A stretch of DNA of 64,000 nucleotides from Hyalangium sp. (GTDB taxonomy: Bacteria > Myxococcota > Myxococcia > Myxococcales > Myxococcaceae): positions 37,810 through 101,809 of the forward strand of contig NZ_JBJMQP010000096.1 of assembly GCF_045802625.1 (NCBI RefSeq), in the 5' to 3' direction. Position numbers and translations under genes: made by a program. Positions 59,753 through 64,000 of the stretch are shown here, one piece after another (the stretch's first letter is position 1; every line of letters starts with the position of its first letter). The notes below the pieces were generated by a model. The model saw nothing but the letters and a program-made list of their open reading frames with translations, was not told the DNA's origin and did no database searches.

Positions 59753-60073
59753 TCAGGCCAACACTTCCTCGGGGGTGTAATACGCGCGCGGCGAGGAGCC
59801 TGTGCTCACCCCGAAATAGCGGAACATCCGCTCATGGTGCCGCGCCAGCCCTCGGAACTGCACCTTGTGGTGCGCCGGCAGATCCTTCGTCAACACCACC
59901 ACCGCCGTGTCCTTGAACTCGCGCAGGTGGGTGAAGTCCAGCAGCACCTCCCGAGAGCCCAGGGCCTCCAGCGAGTGACGCAGGTGCACCGCTGTCCGCC
60001 AGTCCAACGTACCCTCGAGCCGGAGGGTGATGCGCCCCGCGAGCTCTTCCTGATGGATCTGCAGCGCCGCCAT
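59753..60073 (-). CDS. STAS-domain protein (anti-sigma-factor antagonist-like)
   Basis: 106 aa. ITLRLEGTLDW...LLDFTHL...DTAVVVL resembles SpoIIAA/STAS. Confidence 0.45.
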   Translation of the reverse strand: MAALQIHQEELAGRITLRLEGTLDWRTAVHLRHSLEALGSREVLLDFTHLREFKDTAVVVLTKDLPAHHKVQFRGLARHHERMFRYFGVSTGSSPRAYYTPEEVLA

Positions 60074-60169
60074 GGTTGTGTTCTCCCTATCGATGCCGAT
60101 TCAGTCTGTGTGCCGCCAGAAGACGGACACGGGCTCGGGCCTTGCATTTCCCAAGCCACTCAGGACCGT

Positions 60170-60193
60170 AAAAACCCCAGGAATTTCCTGGGG
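60170..60193 (-). terminator. Rho-independent terminator of the 60307..61044 gene
   Basis: On the minus strand: 8-bp GC-rich stem CCCCAGGA / TCCTGGGG with a 3-nt loop, followed immediately by TTTTT. Confidence 0.6.
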
Positions 60194-60306
60194 GTTGGCC
60201 CTGCACGGCGGGAACAATTCGCGCAAAGCCGGTGGTTTTGCAGCCCCCCTCCTGAAAAAACCGCACGGACTGTCGGCCACCCATCGAAGTGGGTGTCGCG
60301 CAGCGG

Positions 60307-61044
60307 TCAGCCGCGAGTGCCTTCCGTTTGCTGCTGAGCACGCAGGGTCAGCTCGCGCTCCTGCTTCTCCTTCAGCTTGCGGAACTCGCGTACCACCTTG
60401 GCGGGATAGCCCTGCATGAACTTCTTACGGATCTCCCGCTGGGAGAGGATCTTCTTCGCCATGCCCGGCCCCGCGTTGTAGGCCACCAGCGCGTGCTCGA
60501 GCGAGCCGAAGCGCTCGATCAGGTTGGCCAGGTAGGCGGTGCCCAGCTCGATGTTGGTCTCCGCGTCGAAGAGGTTGGTGGAGCGCCCCAGCCGGTAGCC
60601 CGCCTTGTCCGCCAGGTAGCTGCCAGTGTCCGGCATCACCTGCATCAGCCCCATGGCGCCCACCCCGGATGTCGCGTAGGCGTTGAACGAGCTCTCGCAG
60701 CGGATGAGCGCGATCACCAGCAGCGGGTCCACGTTGTTGCGCTGGGCCTCGCGGACAATCGCCACCGCCACGCGCCGCTGCTGCCGCGCCGGCAGGCCCG
60801 AGGCCTTCACCGCCTCCACCACCCCCAGGCGCAGCGCCTCCTGGTAGTTCGCCTCGTCCTGGTACTCCTGCAGCCGGGCCTGCGCGTCCTTGAGCAGCGC
60901 GTCACGCTCGGCCAGCTGCGCGCGCAGATCCGCCACCTCGGGAGACTCCACCACGGAACCATCCGGGAGCTGGAACGGGAAGCTGGGGACCGCCGCCCCC
61001 GTCAACAACCCCACCGCCGCCACCGCCACCATCCACCGCCGCAT
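60307..61044 (-). CDS. Lytic transglycosylase (SLT domain), secreted
   Basis: Signal MRRWMVAVAAVGLLTGAAVP. SLT block VIALIRCESSFNAYATSGVGAMGLMQVMPDTG...LVAYNAGPG. A terminator hairpin lies about 110 bp downstream. Confidence 0.75.
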   Translation of the reverse strand: MRRWMVAVAAVGLLTGAAVPSFPFQLPDGSVVESPEVADLRAQLAERDALLKDAQARLQEYQDEANYQEALRLGVVEAVKASGLPARQQRRVAVAIVREAQRNNVDPLLVIALIRCESSFNAYATSGVGAMGLMQVMPDTGSYLADKAGYRLGRSTNLFDAETNIELGTAYLANLIERFGSLEHALVAYNAGPGMAKKILSQREIRKKFMQGYPAKVVREFRKLKEKQERELTLRAQQQTEGTRG

Positions 61045-61353
61045 ATCCCATCCCCCTGCGCCCACTTCGCGCCCAGCGACACCTGCGGCTTGTCCAAGCA
61101 CCTGCCGTGCCAGCCGCCGCTGGCTGTCTCTCTGTCATTAAGATCCAGGGACTGAGAGAGCCCGAGGTGAGCCGGGCGAGGGCAGGGCAGGGCGGTAGAA
61201 ATGCCCGAGAGTGGAAGGGGTTTACCCACAACAGGGCTGTTGAAAGCTCTGGTGTGCCCCTCGCCAGGCCTTGCAGCGGCGGGAGGGGCTCCATAGCTTG
61301 GCCGACATCCGACGGGCGTGGGTGGCCAGGAGGCGGGCGGCGTGTTCTGGACG

Positions 61354-61503
61354 ATGAGCATCATCCTCTTCGTGCTGTGGTCGCTGGGAATGATCAGCGG
61401 TTCCACGGAAGGGCACTGGGTTTACCTGCTGTTGCTCTTCTCGATGGTGAGCCTGACGGTGGCGGTGGCTCAGCACGGGCGGCGGCGGCGGTTATCGGCA
61501 TGA
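61354..61503 (+). CDS. lmo0937-family small membrane protein (about 49 aa)
   Basis: MSIILFVLWSLGMISGSTEGHWVYLLLLFSMVSLTVAVAQHGRRRR has two short TM helices and a basic C-terminus. The stop overlaps the next ATG (ATGA). Confidence 0.5.
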   Translation: MSIILFVLWSLGMISGSTEGHWVYLLLLFSMVSLTVAVAQHGRRRRLSA

Positions 61504-62057
61504 GCACGCCGCAAAGTCTGGAGGTGGAGCTGCCTCGGGATGCCTCCGGCTTCGTGCGCCGGCAGTGCCCCAGTTGCCTGCGCATCTTCAAGACGCGGCC
61601 AAGCCGTTTCGACGCGCGAGTGCTGCACCGCAGGCTGCTGACGTTGTTCCCCTTCGAGAATCCTCACGAGGGCTACGAGCCGGTGCCCTGCTGGACGTGC
61701 TTCTACTGCGGCCATCAGGCCGAGGCGGACGAGTGGCTGGTGCGCGATCACGTGGCCTATCTGGAGTCGCTCGCGAGGGGCCTGGCCAACCACGTGCGCT
61801 ACGAGCAGCTCTCGCACGTCTCGCGCACGCTGGCGCAGAACCCGCGGCCCACCTTCGTGGCGGTGGCGCCGGACGCGCTGCCGGAGAACATGCCCGACGA
61901 GCCCGAGGATCTGCGCCCCATCCACCTGGTGTGCTGCGCCGATGAGGTGAAGGCGCTCTGGGACTGGGATGGCCCGTTCTTCTGCCCGCGCTGCGGGGCC
62001 CACCACGGGGGCCTGAGCGGCCGGCAGCAGATCCACCTGGAGTTCATCCAGGAGTAG
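61500..62057 (+). CDS. Zinc-ribbon protein (paired CxxC motifs), unknown function
   Basis: CPSCLRIF...CWTCFYCGH...CPRCGAHH. 185 aa. Translationally coupled to the microprotein. Confidence 0.5.
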   Translation: MSTPQSLEVELPRDASGFVRRQCPSCLRIFKTRPSRFDARVLHRRLLTLFPFENPHEGYEPVPCWTCFYCGHQAEADEWLVRDHVAYLESLARGLANHVRYEQLSHVSRTLAQNPRPTFVAVAPDALPENMPDEPEDLRPIHLVCCADEVKALWDWDGPFFCPRCGAHHGGLSGRQQIHLEFIQE

Positions 62058-62093
62058 ACGCGGCCTGGGCGCACGGAGCAGGCTGTCGGGCGC

Positions 62094-63161
62094 ATGCGGA
62101 AGGCTCGACTCGCGGCGTCACTCGCCCTGCTGCTGGCGGCGGGGGTGGCCCGCGCGCACGACGCGGACATCATCTATGCGCAGGTGCACCGCCCCCAGCC
62201 GGGCCGCGCCGAGGTTCGCGCGCTGCTGACCATGACGGCGAGCACGCTGAGTCTGATCCTGCCCGCGGACGCGGACGGGGATGGCTCCGTGTCGCAGGCG
62301 GATCTGGAGGCGCGGCGCGCCGCTCTGGAGGTGGGGCTGTGGGACGCGCTGCCGCTCACGGCCGGGGGCGCCCCCTGCACGCGCCAGGAGCACGCCGCCC
62401 GGCTGCGCGAGTCGTACGTGGAGCTGACCGCCACCTTTATATGTCCGCAGGGATCGCTGCGGCAGACGTACACGGTGCTCTCGCTGTTGCCGGCCAACTA
62501 CCGGGTGGTGCTCGGCACCTACGGGGGGGAGGGAGGCCAGCTCTTCGCGGACGCCCTCCATCCCAGCCTGGAGATCCCCGAGCGGAGCCCCTCGAGCCCG
62601 AGGAGCTTCGCCCCGGGGCTCGGCGGGTGGATCCAGCTGGGGATGAAGCACATCTTCGAGGGGATCGATCACCTGGCGTTCCTGATCGCGCTGCTCCTGG
62701 TGGGAGGCCGGCTCCGGCAGGTGCTGTGGATGGTGACCTCGTTCACGCTCGCGCACTCGCTCACGCTCGGGGCCACCGCGCTGGGCTTCATCCTCCTGGA
62801 CGCACAGCGCGCTCGCTGGGTGGAGGCCGCCATCGCCGTCTCCATCATCTATGTGGCGCTCGAGAACCTGGTGCGCCGCGAGCACCGCCACCGCGCGGTC
62901 CTCACCTTCCTCTTCGGGCTGGTGCACGGCTTCGGCTTCGCCAGCGCGCTGAGCGCCTACGGCCTGGGAGAGCAGGTGGCGTCCGGACTGTTCGGCTTCA
63001 ACCTCGGCGTGGAGCTGGGGCAGGCCACCCTCGTCCTGGCCCTGCTGCCTGTCGTGCGGCTGATCCAGCGCCGTCCCACGGTCAACCTGTGGACGGTCCG
63101 AGTGCTCTCCACCGTCATCCTTTGTGCTGGCGTGGGGTGGTTGGTGCAGCGCCTCGGTTGA
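62094..63161 (+). CDS. HupE/UreJ-family membrane protein with an N-terminal secreted domain
   Basis: Signal peptide MRKARLAASLALLLAAGVARA. DADGDGSVSQADLE Ca-binding-like loop. C-terminal HupE/UreJ TM blocks HIFEGIDHLAFLIALLLVG...FTLAHSLTLGA...LFGLVHGFGFASAL. Confidence 0.6.
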   Translation: MRKARLAASLALLLAAGVARAHDADIIYAQVHRPQPGRAEVRALLTMTASTLSLILPADADGDGSVSQADLEARRAALEVGLWDALPLTAGGAPCTRQEHAARLRESYVELTATFICPQGSLRQTYTVLSLLPANYRVVLGTYGGEGGQLFADALHPSLEIPERSPSSPRSFAPGLGGWIQLGMKHIFEGIDHLAFLIALLLVGGRLRQVLWMVTSFTLAHSLTLGATALGFILLDAQRARWVEAAIAVSIIYVALENLVRREHRHRAVLTFLFGLVHGFGFASALSAYGLGEQVASGLFGFNLGVELGQATLVLALLPVVRLIQRRPTVNLWTVRVLSTVILCAGVGWLVQRLG

Positions 63162-63225
63162 ATCCCCGAACCCCCATCCCTAACTTGCGGCGGAAGACTC
63201 AAAGGTAGGGAGAAGGGGGTCGGAG

Positions 63226-63696
63226 ATGGGAGCGAGGCATACTCGCTTGGCGGCCGCGCTGGCCGCTGCCTGGGAGGCCGAGGTGGTATCGGCTCGGCGC
63301 ATGACGGCGCTGGCGGAGCGCATCGCGGATCCGCGTGCGCGTGCGCGCCTGATGGTGTTGGCGGCGTTCTGCCGAGCCCATGCCTCTCGGCTGCTGGCCC
63401 GCCTGGCGGCACTGGGCCGGGGCCCGCTGCCCGTGCCTCCCGAGGACATCGAGGTCGGCTCGGATCTGGCCTTGGAGCTGCGCAGGGAGGGGGCGTTCGC
63501 TCGCACCGCCGCCTCGCGCTACGAGCTCACCGCGGAGATGGCTCGCCAGCACGCGGATCTCTCCTCGGCCTGGGTCTGCGAGCTCAACCGCACCGAGGAG
63601 CAGGACCGCTCCCGGGAGCTGCTCTCGCTGGCCGAAGGGGCCCAGCCGGCGGTGGGGTTGGGGGACTCGGCGGCCGCGGCGCCGGCGGATTCCTAG
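63226..63696 (+). CDS. Hypothetical protein (156 aa)
   Basis: Clean ORF. Helical and Ala/Arg-rich. No recognised motif. Confidence 0.35.
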   Translation: MGARHTRLAAALAAAWEAEVVSARRMTALAERIADPRARARLMVLAAFCRAHASRLLARLAALGRGPLPVPPEDIEVGSDLALELRREGAFARTAASRYELTAEMARQHADLSSAWVCELNRTEEQDRSRELLSLAEGAQPAVGLGDSAAAAPADS

Positions 63697-63752
63697 GCCG
63701 GCGCACGCGCTCCTGCTGACAGGCCACGCGCCTTGGGCGTAGAAATGCGCCC

Positions 63753-64000
63753 ATGGCGAAGGCAGAGAGCTACGACGATCTCATCTTTCAGCTGGGAGAC
63801 CTGGCGCGAGACCGGCTGCCGGGCAAGCCCAATTGCCCGCGCACCATGGACCGTGTCTACCGTGCCGAGGAGGCGCTGGTGGCGCGGCGTGATGAGCTGG
63901 CGGCGCTCGAGCAGGAGATGAACGAGGAGGATGGGGCCTACCAGGAGTTCCAGGCCCAGCAGGATCAGGAGAAGGCCGAGCTCAACACCACGGTGAGGAA
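63753..64000 (+). CDS. Hypothetical protein, N-terminal fragment (continues past the window end)
   Basis: ATG 63753 (MAKAESYDDLIFQLGDLARDRLPGKPNCPRTMDRVYRAEEALVARRDELAALEQEM...) stays open to the end of the window. Coiled-coil-like. Confidence 0.4.
   Translation, partial: MAKAESYDDLIFQLGDLARDRLPGKPNCPRTMDRVYRAEEALVARRDELAALEQEMNEEDGAYQEFQAQQDQEKAELNTTVR

Overview
The window is a gene-dense, very GC-rich (about 68-70% GC) chromosomal segment with a myxobacterial (Myxococcota-like) signature. This shows in the abundant Ser/Thr kinases, TPR giants, Cys-rich lipoproteins and frequent GTG starts. About 46 protein-coding genes are supported. I recognised no rRNA, tRNA, CRISPR array or insertion element by eye. 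Many adjacent genes are joined by 4-bp ATGA/GTGA stop-start overlaps, implying translational coupling.

The main blocks, in order:
- A porin-led operon encodes two paralogous membrane sensor proteins, the second fused to an MFS transporter, then an ATP-grasp ligase and an ABC_sub_bind-type periplasmic binding protein. A divergent second copy of the sensor-MFS fusion lies upstream.
- A PsuG/IndA-like gene is followed by a 2305-aa TPR-rich protein ending in a CHAT protease-like domain. It is convergently overlapped by an unknown gene.
- A co-directional block encodes a Ser/Thr kinase, a HEAGH zincin-like peptidase and a Ddl-like ATP-grasp, plus a GAF (fRMsr-like) gene and a UPF0016 exporter.
- A signalling block encodes a multi-TM GAF histidine kinase, three tandem CheB-like REC-methylesterase paralogs (one lacking the catalytic Ser, one with Asp to Glu) and a Ser/Thr kinase, with no other chemotaxis genes.
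- A lipoprotein is built of about 13 knottin-like C-C-CC-C-C modules.
- A ParA/MinD-like ATPase and a J-like/RodZ-HTH protein follow.
- An unmistakable bacterial homolog of the eukaryotic major vault protein is present.
- A DJ-1/PfpI gene, an HD-domain protein, a HEAT-repeat protein and an RpoH-like sigma factor follow.
- A MoxR-DUF58-transglutaminase operon, a lytic transglycosylase with a clear intrinsic terminator, an lmo0937-type microprotein coupled to a zinc-ribbon protein, and a HupE/UreJ protein close the window.

Internal start positions are approximate (a few bases); ORF ends follow the supplied track.
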